A stretch of DNA of 64,000 nucleotides from contig OZ320313.1 in assembly GCA_976226885.1 (NCBI GenBank), forward strand, positions 73,594,001 to 73,658,000, in the 5' to 3' direction. The DNA comes from Iphione sp. A-MEVVRFRX5. Taxonomy: Eukaryota. The notes beneath the pieces are model-generated. The model was given only the letters and a program-made list of their open reading frames with translations. It was not told the DNA's origin and did not search any database. The position numbers and the translations under genes are program-made. Below, one piece after another: positions 62,158 through 64,000 of this stretch. Numbering within the stretch: position 1 is the stretch's first letter; the number at the start of each line of letters is the position of its first letter.

Positions 62158-62688
62158 GTAGGACTGACAGTTTATAAAGCTACTATTCATCATGCTTATG
62201 GTAGTAAAATGGACAATAAGGGTTGATTTATAATTAATTTGAAACAAATGTTTTGAAAACTAAAATAATGTTAAGTTCCATTGCTACTTGTACCTACTTT
62301 TACTTCAGCATTGATCAATGGCATAAAGCAATATACATGTACATGTAGCTGACCGGTATCCAGTCAGTGTGAGCGGCAGTTCTAACACTCGCGCCATGAT
62401 CGTCGTCTATAGGTGCAGTGGACACAAGTGGGGCATGAGTCTCAGGACCCAAAAACGTTCCAACATGTCAGAATTGTAAAAATAGAGATTAGCATCACAT
62501 TTTTCATCAATTTTAAGTTTAAAATGGTCACTTTCTTTTAGAATGTTGTTTAGATTACACCAAACTCAAGATAAACTCCAAAATGCTTTGACCAGTGCTA
62601 TCCTGTAGTTTCATATTTTAAAAGATGTGGATTTTACTTCCATAAAATACTAAATTTAACACTGATTAGTAGTGCTCGTCGTTAGAAC

Positions 62689-62860
62689 AGCGGTTAAGTG
62701 CGTTTTCTGGCTTTGGTCAGTAGGTTTTAGCCCCTTAGCCTCGGGCCTAACGGCCCTCGACTTTGGGGTTAAAACCTGCCAACCAAAGCCAGAAAATGCA
62801 CGGCCCAAGGCTGAGGGGCTAAAACCTGCCGACCAAAGCCAGAAAACGCACTTAACCGCT
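62689..62860. mobile_element. Fold-back (MITE-like) element in the first PDXK intron
   Basis: 47-bp arms at 62689-62735 and 62814-62860 (2 mismatches), extendable to about 60 bp; a third, direct copy of the unit at about 62752-62801. Confidence 0.65.
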
Positions 62861-64000
62861 TCGTCAGTGTGAGCGGTGGTCACTATGAGCATATAAGAAT
62901 GCCACCAATTTTTAATAAGTTATGAAGTTATAAGTTACACTGGTAATTTTTATGTTATGATTTTAATATAAAGTCATATTCACACTATTTAATAAATGAA
63001 TGGCATGCTAAATCCCTGATTGGCCATTATGGACGATTTTAGGGATAATTTTAATTCTTGCCCCCCCTAAAAATTTCATGCTATTAACACATTATATGGT
63101 GAAACGGCCGCCGATACAGCCACCAATATGATTAATGTTTACTAGAATGAAAATTATGTTGGTTTACCCTTAGTGGGATATAGGATATCCAATTGTATTA
63201 TAGGATCGGCCTGTGCACTTGTTCATAATGTGTTACTAAATTCTTAAAAGGTTTGTGATTTGCATGATCATTTATCATCTGTTTTGGAACATAATGTATT
63301 GCTTTGGGAGGCCGATACACCGCTCACAGTTACTGCTGCTCACAACAACTGTCAATGACCGCCGCTCACAGTTACTGGCCACTCACAGTTACTGGAATTC
63401 ATCTGACCGCCCTTATCAATATTGCCGATTTCCAACACTGTGGTATATAAGGATTCAGGTATCTGAATGTTTGTATTTGACGCTTTCTATCTCTCTCCGT
63501 ATGTGCAGGATAGGGCACGATCGAGTCTCTCACTCAGTAATAGCTTCCAAGTTGAAATGTTAGCAGGTTCACGACCGAGCCTCTCACTCAATCATATAAA
63601 CTTGTCTATATTGGGGCGGTTGTTGAAATTTTAGCATGTTCAAACAACTGGTCAATTAAAACGATAAAATGTAAATCCATGATGCAACCATGTGTCTTGC
63701 CATTAGCTGATGCGAATACCATACGTTTTGTCGATTAGACCTTTCGCTCTGGATGGTTCACATGTTTTTTTTATTCCTCAACTGCCGGTTGTGGTGGCAG
63801 TACCTTCACCCCCAACCAGGCCACCACCACCGTCTGTTCATCCAAAATTTGTGTGAAACATCAAGTGTGAACTGTCCAGTTCACAAAACATCCATACCCC
63901 GCTGATATATCTTGGTTTGAAAGTTGATGCATCCCATCTTTGTAATTGATGATTTTAGTGCAAATGGAAATCAAGCCTTATGTTACAGCAGCCGTTAACA

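Noticed and set aside
63905-63935. LGLKVDA frame resembling PDXK exon 2 (LGFEVDA)
   Set aside because: No acceptor, no following NSVQFSNHT, and an in-frame stop follows; treated as coincidence.

Overview
Animal (probably invertebrate) genomic DNA with spliced genes, two assembly gaps and many decayed transposons. Five genes were reconstructed by reading splice sites and checking intron phases. (1) 3' part of an IRAG/LRMP (MRVI1/Jaw1)-family gene, + strand, join(<182..225,420..472,7112..7207,9110..9252,10368..10502,11344..11472,12077..12323), ending in a transmembrane helix and a KASH-like tail. (2) WEE1 kinase, - strand, 7 coding exons (37699..28412, 605 aa). (3) TMEM216-family gene, + strand (47575..48870; first exon unresolved). 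(4) TSPO, - strand, 3 coding exons (59470..51425, 165 aa). (5) First coding exon of pyridoxal kinase PDXK, + strand (62053..62157), head-to-head with TSPO. Mobile DNA: three degenerate Ty3/Gypsy LTR retrotransposons, all on the - strand with tRNA-Leu-type primer-binding sites and one inside a TSPO intron; two TA-flanked Tc1/mariner-type MITEs; a 2.3-kb CAGGG-ended element with a 6-bp TSD carrying a 126-bp tandem array and a large palindrome; a 168-bp MITE with a 5-bp TSD; several fold-back elements. No RNA genes or CRISPR arrays were seen. Most of the supplied ORF track is antisense or repeat noise. The best candidate for new biology is the IRAG/LRMP gene, which appears to combine IRAG1-type phosphosite motifs with an LRMP-type KASH tail. 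No wholly new multi-gene system could be supported. All homology calls rest on motifs recalled from memory, not on database searches.
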